A DNA stretch of 64,000 nt from Balanoglossus misakiensis. Its lineage: Eukaryota; Animalia; Hemichordata. Position numbers and translations under genes: made by a program. Where the stretch lies: NCBI GenBank assembly GCA_040954595.2, contig CM082588.2, positions 5,086,156 to 5,150,155 of the forward strand, given 5' to 3'. Shown here piece by piece: positions 41,601-53,600 of the stretch; positions within the stretch are counted from its first letter, which is position 1; the number at the start of each line of letters is the position of its first letter. Under the pieces are notes generated by a model. The model worked only from the letters and a program-made list of their open reading frames with translations, did not search any database and was not told the origin of the DNA.

Positions 41601-44600
41601 TGGAGAGCTGGGCAGCGAGGTGGGGAATGGTTTCAGTTTCTCGGGACTGACGGGTCCGGTCGGGGAGCTCGGCTCGGACACCGATTCCCTCGCTGGCTTG
41701 CTGGGCGAACTTCTGACCGACGACGTGGAGCCGCTTCTGTGACGCGACGTCCACTTTTGCGTCTTGACGTCCGGCGACGACGTTTTACTCAGCAGCTTGG
41801 CGCCGTGGAAGGGAGTGTCGATCACGGTACTTATCTGTACGGGAGCATCCGCATCCAGGATGCAGTGGTGGCCGTGCATTGATGTTTTGGGACTTTCGGG
41901 TCGTGCAGTTTTGGTGTCCACAAACAGTGGCTGCCTGGCGTCTGTCTTGATCAGCGCTGGGGGAGGCTCGGTGACGTGAGACACTGCTGGTTTTTCAGAC
42001 TCTGCAGGGGAGTGTGATTTGTCTTCATCCATCTGTGTTACTGTCTCTTCCTCAGCTCGATGAGCAGGTACAGTGGTAACTTCATACGTCATAACATTTG
42101 CATCCTCTTTACTCTTCTTCATGACTGCCTCCTCTTTTACATACTCTGGCATTGCAGCAACTGTCGGGGACTCTGCAGCCACTGGAGTTTCATCTTCTTT
42201 CCTTCCGTCTACCACCTTCCCCTGGTGCAATCTGTCTATTGACTGTGGACTGGATTTGGGACTTTCCTCTGCTGAGCCTACATCATGCACCCTGCCCCCT
42301 GACACCTGCATTTGAGAACTAACCACATCATGCGTGGGTTGACTGTCTACGCTCAGTTCCTTCGGTTTATGTATTTCAGAGTTACTTGTGTCTGTAGGCC
42401 GGGGTGGAAGAGGGCGACCTGTGCCTTTGTGTGCTTTACTTTCTGGACTCTCTCCATTTTTCTTTTTCTTCTTCTTCGGCACTTCTTCTGTATGCTTTTC
42501 TTCTTTTCTGCTACTCCTTCTCTCTTTCCTTTTTTCTTTCGTTTCATCTTTGCTCCTCCGTCTCTTCGTTTCAGGACTTTTCTCTGTCGTTGCTTTGTGT
42601 TCCTCCCCGTCTGCAGCAGGTTCGGAACTCTCCACTTTCTTCTCGGAGACTCTAGAACTGTCTTTGCTCTTTTTACGTTTAGTTTCGTGACTTTTATCTG
42701 ACGAAGGTGGACTGTGTGCAGCTTTTTCATCCTCGTGTTCTCCATCTTTGGGCTTGGTCACTTTGGAGTCATCTTTGCTTTTCCGCCTACGAGGTTCATG
42801 GCTCTTGGTCTCCGTAACCTGCGCTTCATTTTCATTCGTGGTTTTTCCTTCATGGTGTTTCTTCTCCGAGGATCTCAGACCTTCCTTGCTCTTTTTCCTC
42901 TTCACTTCATGGGGTTTCTCCTGGGGCTTTTCATCCTCGTGTACTCCATCTTTTGCCTTGTTTTCCAGCATCCTTGTGTCTTCCTTACTTTTCCGTTGTT
43001 TCGTGTCGTCCCGTTTCCCTACACCGGGTTCAGACAGCGCTGCCTTCTCACCTGCGAGTTCACTCGGTTCCGATCTCTTCTCCGCAGCGATCTCATCTTT
43101 ACTCTTCTTTCTTCTATGGCTTTTTTCTACTGGGGACAAAACTGGTACAGATTTCTCACTGTCCCCGTCCTTCTTCTCAGACACTCTGCCGGATTCTCTA
43201 CTCTTCCGTCGCTTTGATTCGTGCCCCCTTTCCGGAGGAGATAAGCTTTTCGCATCACTCTCACCGGATGACTCCGCAGTCTCTGCCTTCGTCTCTGGAA
43301 CCTTTTCCGGGGTTTTGTCTATCTTCTGATCGCTCTTATCATCCCTCAGACCGTGCCTCTGTGCATCAGCTGGCTCATCTTTGCGTTGCCTCTGCTCAGC
43401 GCCACTGCTCTTCTGAACATCATGGTCTTCCCTGACGGGCGACGCCCTTTGATCATCGCTGCTCCACCGCCTGGCCCTTGGTTGGACTTTCTCATCCTTG
43501 CCCTCCGCCTCCTCCTTGTTCTTGCTCTGCCCCCGGCTGGAGGGCCGACTTCCGAAGGAGGACCGCCGGGCAGCCGTCGTCGATCCCGTGGAATCTCTGG
43601 ACGATTTGCGACTTCCGGGACTGCTGTCTTTGCTGCCTCTCCTGCCGGGTGACGGATCGTCTTGGTCCGGTTTGTCGCGGAGTTCCGAAGGCATGGGAGG
43701 AGTGGACATCAACTGCGTGATGACGGTGTTGGAGTCCAGCGATTCACCAGCTTCTGAGACACCCCTTACAGAAAACCTGAATGAGAGAAAGGGCAATATG
43801 TCAACAAAATAACATAATGAGAACCAAAGGATTATTTTTCCAATGCACTCCACCACCGACAGAGTCTATCAACACAGGACAAAAACTATCACATACTTGT
43901 AGACAGTATTGGGAACAAGTCCTTCGATGATCGCCCATGTGTCACTGCCTTCAACCGTCCCCTCCGCATTGCCATTCACAAACACTTTATAGCTCGTCAC
44001 TTTGTGCTCCCTGGAGTCTAATATTTCAGAGGCTTGCCACTGTAACTTGACACTGTTATCTACTCGGTTTTGCAGCGATAGATTTCTAGGTGGTGTTGGG
44101 ATTCCCGGTTTCCAGGGTGACGATGTTGTCTTGTCTTTGCTTTTTGCCTGGTTTGCAGCCTTGAGAGGTAAAAGGAAACAATATATTTGGTCATTCTGGC
44201 CATATTATTAACCTTTCCACCTCATATGGTCTATGACACCATCAAAGTTCATGACAATTCCAGCGATGCTGTGAAATACTTTTTTTGATGAATTACTGAA
44301 TGTAAAACATGTACTTACTGGAGTCTGGGGTTTTATCTCTGGTGATTTCTCTACCGCCTTCTGCCTGCTTGAAGAACTGGAAGTCTGTAGTTGTCCAGTC
44401 ATCACAGACAATGCATCTTGCAAGACTGTCACCTGAAATAAAAAAAAAATCTAGATCAATCTCTTAAAAAAACTATGTTTAAAAGAAAATCATACAACTC
44501 CATCCATCCTTGTATAAAGTCAAGGTCATGATGAACTTGTGTCCCTATTCATGCTTGGTGTGTGGTCCAAACTCTAGCGCCCTCTGGAGAAGGTGACCAA

Positions 44601-47600
44601 CATCTTTTCGACGAAAAGATTCCCACTTTTGACCCTAGAGTGCGCCCTTTCAAGCCCATGCCGAACACAACTTTGCTACTGGGCTTGCAATATTGGAGTG
44701 ACACTTCATGACTGTACTTTGATGCCATGTATTCATTGTTCTATAATTTCAACCTTTCCTGATTCAAGATCAGTTCGAGCTGACATTTTTTTTTATATTC
44801 CTCTTTTTACAATGTGCATTCCAGGATAGAAAGTACAGATTTTCTACAACGACAATTACAAAATTTCAGTTGAAGAATGAAACTGTCAAGCTTGAAATGC
44901 ATTTTACATTGTTCAACATGAATTCACATCAAGCCAAATATTTGAACGGCATCTTTCAAAGCCAATTTTACTATGATTGGCCAAAGTTACTTTCTGTGCC
45001 CAGGAAGACAATTTTGTTCCGACCTGCGATGAAAAATGAGCTGGACCAGCGGCACAGCCATACCATAACTGACTTCTTTGTCCAATCTTACATTTTCAAA
45101 ATTTACCAATGGCCAAACTGTACTTTCATTGTTTTGAAAAACTGAGAGAAAAGTTGTGCTACGAAGGCAAATAATCAGGGGTTCATTCCTTCAAGTTTTC
45201 ACTAAGAGTGTGCACAACACAAAGCAAGATACAAACTCATCATCACGTTCAAATTAAAAATTATTTTTATTTTCTCATTTTTCAAAGAACAGATACAGCT
45301 TGGCCAAAGTCTCTGACACACACACAATGGCTTCTAACTGCCCTCCATACTTGAAAATTAATTTTGAACTAAAAAGGAGTTTGCTCCTTCATCATTTGCA
45401 TATATTTACATGAAATATTTAAATCAACCAATCACAAATTATTTCCTCTTTTGGTCAACCAATCAAATACCTACAAAAATCATTCAAATGAGTTGCAAAT
45501 ATCTATGTTTGAGACTAAAAATGAACAGTCAGCAAAAAATGGTATGTACTGTTAGTTTTTGTACTCTCGGTCAAAGGCATGCTCAATGAAGTGCCCTCTA
45601 TCAGGGTCAATATTAAAAATAAACCTCTCCAACAGGGCAATAAACTGCAATATTGCACACCTACTAAAACCTACAAGTGTACAATATTGATAAATCCCGA
45701 CCATGCTAATTATATACAAGAATAAATTAAGTTTTGAGAAATAAAACTTTCGATCATTTATTTTGATTCTCTTAGATTGTTTTACCCATAATGTTTGATT
45801 CAAACCTTACTAACAATTGGAAATGTTTAAGGCAGGGGAACACAGAATTTAAAACTTGTCTAAATTCTAAAATAAAAAAGGATGGATAGATATATTATAT
45901 ATTTTAAAAATATTTCTCTAACTACTCTATCTATACATTTTCACAGTAACATATACAAACATGACATTAATTGATTTGACATACAGTGAACATGAAATTT
46001 GATTTGCAAAACACGGAAAAGAAACAGACATCGAAAGGCAATACAATGTACATGTGTGACGAGAGCAAATACAAGAAAGGTCACCTCTTGAGGGCACTAT
46101 GTCAACAAATACTGTCAACGTTAACTCACCAAGACTTTTTAAAACTTGGACAATTGGGAGTAACACATCAGTTCTATCTGCTTAGAATCGACAGGCTTAA
46201 ATGCTGTTGGGACTATCAGAAAAAGCCTCTACTAACAAAGAACGGTTTTGATAAATATACACACTTGAAAATTTGCCCATATCAAATTTAGTGAACAGGT
46301 CTTTTCTGACAAATATAAAAGATAACTGTTTCAGGAAAATCTTCCTTCCAGAGCGACCTGTCTAACCATCAAGCTCAAAGCTATTCACTTATAAACCATC
46401 ATTGGTATTAGACTGTCTACTCTGAATTATAGGTATTCACCCTATCACTCTACTATATGGAACAATCATATTGTTTTGATGATTGGGTCAGTCCATTTTT
46501 AATAAAGAAAAGGTGGGTTGTCATGACAGGACTGGAGGGAGGTTTCATCACCCCACATTACCCAAATATAAAAGTTTAATCTACAACTAAACTAAGTTCT
46601 ACCTTACTTCAATTAACTAATAGCTCCATGTATTATGCATTTCAACAGAGAACACAAAGAGAAAATTGTTCACGGTTTCTTTTCAAATCAAGGTTTCCGT
46701 TGACTACTTTGATTATTGTTTCGCTTCAAGGACATCACCTAGTCATTTAATAGCCATATTACAATCAGAACAACTTACAACAATGGTATTCTCATCATGC
46801 AAATACCCCATGGGTAGATTGCTAACGAAAACGAGACCACACAATAATGTCTATATGCAAATTGACCGTTTGATTTATCCAAACCACAATAAGCCTGGGT
46901 CGCCGAGCTCTCGGCGTATTGTTTCCAGACATTTGCAAAATCCCTATGCTAAAATTCTTGCAATTCTGGGCAAGCTCAGCCTTGTTGAGTGAGGAAATTC
47001 CTGATTCTCTTCACTCGCCACACAACTACAGCCAACAAACAAATCTCCGTTTGTTCAGACATTTTTGGGTGTTAAATAGCCATTTGTCGCCAAGACAGCA
47101 AAAGCCAAAACTCCCCATCTGAACAATCGATCGACTGATCACCGCTTCGCGTCACGAAGAAAACACAATTACGTTTGTACACATAAACACTGAAACTGTT
47201 TTTATGTACATTAGATTCATATTTGGTTTGTGAAACTCAATCCACAGCATAGGAGACCAGTAGACTTCAAAAGGAAAGAACTCTCTGGTATTCCAAAAAG
47301 TCAGCGACTGTGAAAACTAATCATTTGTACAACAAGACTGAACATTTCAGTATCGCGCGATTAGACGGCTATCAGTCTCACATAGAAGATTTTACAAATG
47401 CATGAAATTCTCGGAAGCATCACTCTAAATTTTCTAATTAATTCATTTGTTATTTCAGACACTCCTACATTGTATGTGTTCAGAATGCATCTGTGGTTTT
47501 ACTCACTCTATCTATAATCCAGAAAATTTCCTAATAGTTTTATCTTTTGATCTCTAAACTTTGCTTCTCTTCCATATTGTTTTCTATGAATGTGAGGGTA

Positions 47601-50600
47601 TTACCCCATACTCGGAAGAAAAGTGGAAACTACTACTTTATATACTGATGTTTTTCACTGCTTCATTTGGTCTAAGACAACAGAATCCTGTGTATACCCT
47701 ACGAGACCTGTATTTGCTGAACGAGATCAAGACACTTTTGGAATGATACCTGTTGCTGCAGCTCTGTACATTTCTTTTCCAACTCGGCCTCTTTCGCCGA
47801 GGCCTGCTGTTCTGTGTGCTGCGCTAGGGCGGCCGCCGTTGCAGTGACCGACTGCTGCTGTTGTTCGGAGAGGTGCTTGTCGTGGGTGAAGTCTTCTTTC
47901 CACTGGTGGAGGGCTTGCACCTGTTATAAGAAAAACAAGGCGAATTTCATGTCAGTTAAATGTATATATGCTTATGGGAAGTGGCGATCTTGCCAATTAC
48001 ACAGTTTCACTTGGAGCTACCTGTGGTAGCATAGATGTGTTAACCAAATGTTAGCCCAGTGACACAGTAGTATCAGCCTAGTGACATCCTAGTGTTAACT
48101 CAGTGTTAGCCCCAACCCAGCCCAGTGATAGCAAAACCATGGAAGCCTATTAGCACTGTGCAGTACCAGCCTACAGCTTGTGTTGAATCGGAGCAATGTG
48201 CCCATCATTATCATGACAGGGTGAGTGGCCTGTGCTGACTGTTTGAATCAGTCACAAGCAAGATGGCCGGGCCGAATAACAGCAGATGTGAGATAATTAG
48301 AGGCCTGAGCACAATGTGTGGAGATAATGACAAGTCTGGTGATGGCATACTTGGTGCGTGGTCATGGAGAGTGAATGGAGAGGCACAAAAGAACGAAAGC
48401 AGCGCATCAGGGGATGGGTCAAGAACCCAGACACCTGTTTTGCGAGTCTCGTGATCTCGCGTCAAGCTTGCTTGCGCTGAATCACGTCATCCGCACACAG
48501 AAAACCCCACAAGAAATTGTGGAAAACTAATAAGTGCCGGCACAAAACCCATCGCATTGCCTCTGCTCAGCTATAAACACTCCACGTGAATACGGCTGTT
48601 TTGTTTGAATTGCACTGAAGTGAAGGCCATTAAATCATGCTCCAGAATCTGATACACTAAGCAAACTTAGATTTCATAATCAAAAACCCTGACTATACTT
48701 ATAAATCTTACAAATTTTGCATAAAACCATTATTGCTATCATTATTGCTAACTGGTTTCTCTCAATTCTTGTTGATTTAAAGTGTGGAGGAGGCACAGGA
48801 TTTTATTCAAAGTGGTTGTTTGATAAAGAAGATTACTAACTCATGCAGCAAGAGACGAAATATCACAGGACATTCACAAGGGAGTTGGGATGCTGCCAGA
48901 AGAGTTTATTATTTTCCCCCCTCTGCACAACAGGTGTGTTGACCTGCTCTGTCAATAGGGGTCACTGCTTTTCATCGATTGTCTGTCATGTGTGCACTCT
49001 CTGCTCGCTTTGTGGTCAGATCTTTCTCCCCATTTATGTGCTTAGAATACGCTCCTGCTTTGGACCCACTTGTTAAGTTTACCTTGTAATGAGAGCTGTG
49101 GCTTTGATGCTTTTGAAGAACCGGGGTCCCCATTAACCCCTTCACCCCCATTTCTCCATGTGCAGGTCCGGCACTGCCATTTGAAAACAATGGAGCTGGA
49201 CCAAACCATGGTGGTGAAAGGGTTAATTGAACTTCTGATTTTAGTATCATGGTGAGGAGGAATGGAGGTGGCACAAGAAATCCCCCCACCCCCCGAAGGA
49301 AACAGCCATTTTTGATAACGCCATTATATGCACATATCATAAATTTCACATGCATGGTTGCTACACACACACCCTGGCAGAACACGACACCAGCAATTAA
49401 ATACAAATTTATGGCTCATGGACAGATTTCTCACACTGATTCCTATACTTAACTTGCCATTTGTTGTAGGCTAATAAGATGTCACATTGCCGAACAGCAA
49501 ATAATTTATTTGAAATTGCCCGTGGTAAAAATTTATCAAATCATTCTCACCTGTTCCCATAGAAACTTAATGGCTTCCATCTGAAGGGTTCTCATTTTCT
49601 TTTCTTGGACATACATCTGTTTTGTTCTGAAATTTGAAGAAAAAAAATGATTACAATGATGACCGGGTTTGTTTTGATTCTTATCCGAGTTTATTGCCCA
49701 GCAATAATGTTTTTTTTTTTTACACACCGCATAATGATTGTCATCATTGATCTGTGGTTTCAATTCAGAGAGATCGCCATTGTAACAGACTTGGCACATA
49801 GCCAACGTATCATTCTGCTAAACTAACGGCCACTGAACTGGTATTAAACAACAACTCCCAATCCAAGATCCCTGTAAAGTCTTTAAAGGCTCACAAGTTT
49901 TGCTAATTCTGCAAAAAAATTCTGACACATGTAGTGTAAAAAGAAAAAAAAATGGAGTTTGACAATATACTGCCTTAGGATATGAAAACTGTTAAAAATC
50001 AGCATCTTTTCAAGTTTTGATTAGTACTGTATTTTTTTTACCCCTTGCATGCCCACGACTCAGATTTTGGCAAAACAGTTCTGCCAAGTCATGTAAGTTG
50101 TGTTTTCGGAGTAACCCTTCACCAATAATATTTTCAAAACAGACACAAACATACAACAATACACATTGTCCAGTGGTGGCTATTCAAATATGCTTAACTC
50201 CAACCCAAATCGCCTGAAATATTCGATGCAATGCAGAGAAGTATTTTGAGTGTCTTTAGAAGTCAAATATCAAAATGTGACTCACTCAAGCCTTTTCAAT
50301 GAAGTGTGCATGAGAGCAAAAGACTGACGCCAAGCAATCAAAATAAGTTTAAAGTGAGTGTATCTTTAAATGTCTTGTTTCAGTCGTAGACAGTAGCTAC
50401 TCTAGTAAACGTGGCATTGTTTGCATTGTCGCCAAATATCAACATCAGATGCTTGTTGCTTGAAACCAAACATTATCCACAGACAATGTAAATGTAGCTG
50501 TATTTTACAAAAAACTGTATGCTTCTTGTCACTCAGGTGGCATGTGCAAACCTGTAAACAGTGGCAGTTGATCTGGACTGCGTGTTTGCTGACATACACT

Positions 50601-53600
50601 CAGGTTGTTTGTTTGTCTGTTGGCGCTAATAGCGGTGTGCTGGGCCAAGTTTTTTTTCTTTTCTGTCTCAAGTGCCGACATAAAGATACAAGGTCCAGTT
50701 TGATAATTGTGTTACTCGTACTAGCCAAACTATAGTCCTAACAAAGTACGCGGTAAAAATTGTTATTTGTTTTTTGTTTTAAAACTGGATTAGTGTTCAC
50801 AAATCGATACCCCAGCCGAGATGATTGACATAATTACTATGTATACTTACGTCAACAAATGCTCCAACAAGAGATGTGACGGGGTTTGTATTTTGAAGTA
50901 TACACGTTCATATAGTTACCTTGTCATGGTCGCCATTTGGTTTCATCCACATTGTTTTCAATTTAATGGATGGGACCATGTATAGGGAAAAGAGGGGTGG
51001 ACGGGTGGAAACAAACCAATACGGCCACTACCCCTCAGCAGACTACTATAGCCAGATTACCAACCTTTCTAATTCTGCATTGAGCTGTTTGATGTGGTCT
51101 TCCACTCGCTGCTTCCTTATCGTCTCCCGGGCCTTGATCACCACCGGGTCGTGCAACCGGGCGCGGTGGCCCCTCCACCACGCCTGCACCTTGGTGGCCG
51201 CGCACACATGCCGATTCCTTGCCCTGGCGATCCTGTTGATAAAGTTCATGTCCGGTTTCTTTGGCAAGGTCTCGGCGAACGCTCGGCTGCGCGCCTTGGC
51301 TGGTGGTGACTCTTTGGTGTACGTCCTCCGCAGTTCGATGACTTCGGGTTCGTCTCTTGAAGTGGCCAGTCTCTGCTTTCGGTCCGCCGCTTTCTTCTTG
51401 ATGCTGTCGAGTCCGTTCTGCGCGACGTCGCTTCCCTCCGCGTCGCTGCCAGAACTCGGTCCCTTCCTCCTTCTCTGGTTTTTGTTGACAGACTTCGTCT
51501 TGGACGAGTGTTTCTTCTTGTCCTCGGCTGACGGCGACGGGGTTCTCACTGACTTTCTGACGGGCGTCGGAGACACCATGAGATTGGCGGCGATTCGATG
51601 CGTGCTGTTTGTCTGATTCAGGGGTTTGATTGGTCTCTCTTCGTGCGCCTGGAAGCTGGACTTCTCCGCCGGCGATTTCTGCGAAATGTCCTTTTTCGGC
51701 GAGACTTTGCCAAAGTGTTTGTCTGCCTGGTGCAGTTTTCCCGGCGTGATTTTCCCGTTCATGAGCGCAGCCGGCTTGAGCTCTCGGCGTTTGGCGTCCG
51801 ACGTGCTCCCCAAATTGAGCGGGGTGCGGACGCTCTCGTTACGGTCCAGTGCGCCCATGCTGACGTGCTGCACGGGGCTGATTCTGCCAGTCTGCGGTTT
51901 AACGGGCATGATCTCCGCAGAGGCCGGCCGCTTGTAGTCGTCGGCCCCGATGATGTCTGCCAGGTGCTTGTTTATGTAACCGGCGTACGGAGGTGCGGTC
52001 GTAGGTCTCATGTCGTCATCGTCGTCCTGATCTAGATCCGTAGACGCCGGCAGATAAATGGACTCAGACTGCAGGAGACTGTTAGTGAGGGTGCTTATGC
52101 TCAGGTCTGTATCATCTGCAACACAATCAGATATTGTTATGAAAATACAATTCTGACAAAAGCTTACCTTAAAGGGCTACAGTTACCATGGCAAAGTGAG
52201 ATTTAGCCATTCCCGGATATTCAGTGGGTGGCACACGCGAAAAAAAGAGCGCCACCATATGTTCTTTAGAACACTCAAATACGCCATTTCTGACATATAT
52301 GGGCGTGTGTAAATCGGAGGTGACCGAATACCTTTAAAATGATCTACCCAGCACTAAAGAGAGGTGCAGTTGGCATTCCCCGCAGTTCCTTACCTTCAAT
52401 GTCCTGAATCGTGGTGTCCCTATAATTCTGCGCTGGGTGGAAATGCGCCTTGTTGATCATGTTCTGGTTGTGGTCTCCCACACTGGTGCTGCCGGTCCCC
52501 CACGCTTTAGTGGGCATGCTCTTGGGGCTGGAGATCTCCCTCATGCTGCCTTTGTCCTTGGTGGGCGACCTCTTGCGTTTCGGCGAGCTCTTGGACGGGG
52601 TTGGTGAAGACGAACGCGCTGGCTGTTTGAAGCTGGTATCTAAGCTTTTATCTGGAGATCTTCCGCGGGTATCAGTGAGCTGCTGTTTGTAGTATAACTG
52701 CTTGCTCAGAATCTTGTTAAGTTTTTCGTCTTGTTGAGATTGCAACTGTAAGATCAGAAAAAGAAAATATAAAAAAAATCCATACAATAAAATGCTTCAA
52801 GCGTATCAACAATAACAAATTATTCAAGCCTTCATTTACCATTGTGGCGATAGGTGTTTCACAAATTTGTAACATTACTGTGCAAAATAACAACGTTTAA
52901 TGCAATTTGTTAGGGTTAATTGGGATACACAAAAGCATTTGTTCTGCCGTCTGGTGATAACTCTTAGATAATGGAACAACCATTCCATGCCACGAGATGA
53001 AATCTCTCGCCTAACTGACTCTTTTCTCTGTTGAAATGGACTCAAAATAAATCCCTACAGGTAATGAGAAAATTACTGCAACCAGACACAAGCTTGGAGG
53101 GCCGAGTCTTTGGCAGACAAAAGTGAGAACCGCACTGCACTGGTTAGAAATAACATATCTGATTAGTCTTGCCACACTGGTAGGTGAAGAAACCCCTTAG
53201 GTGATGGTCACACTGTTAGTCCTAATATTGGCAACATTACTTTCATTAGTTCTCAATGAATAGTAAAAAAACAGAAAGCAGAGGTAGGCATGCTTTTTTC
53301 CATTGGTAAATTTGTAAAAATTCCTATTTGGCCCTAGCTTTCAGATCACGGAAAGCATATGACGATGAATGATTGGTCAATCAAGATCATGTGACTTATG
53401 GTGTGATATCCATACAGATTCTAAGCTGGTGATTTTTTTTCCTCTCTCTCTCTCTCTCAGATCTGATGTTGCTGTGTTTTGATTTCCTGTCACCATGATG
53501 TATAAACAGATCTGGCATAATATGTATATCTGACAAGGTCTTTTCTCTATTGTGATCTACTGATGGCCTTGCCTGCTCAAAGACCTGCGATAAGACGGCT

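Noticed and set aside
41764-43812. Hydrophobic Ser/Phe/Leu-rich + strand ORFs
   Set aside because: Reverse-complement artefacts of the Lys/Glu-rich CEP97 exon.
40770-43856. 1028-aa ORF as a standalone gene or retroelement ORF
   Set aside because: Bounded by in-phase splice sites, begins mid-FN3, and has no gag, RT or transposase motifs.
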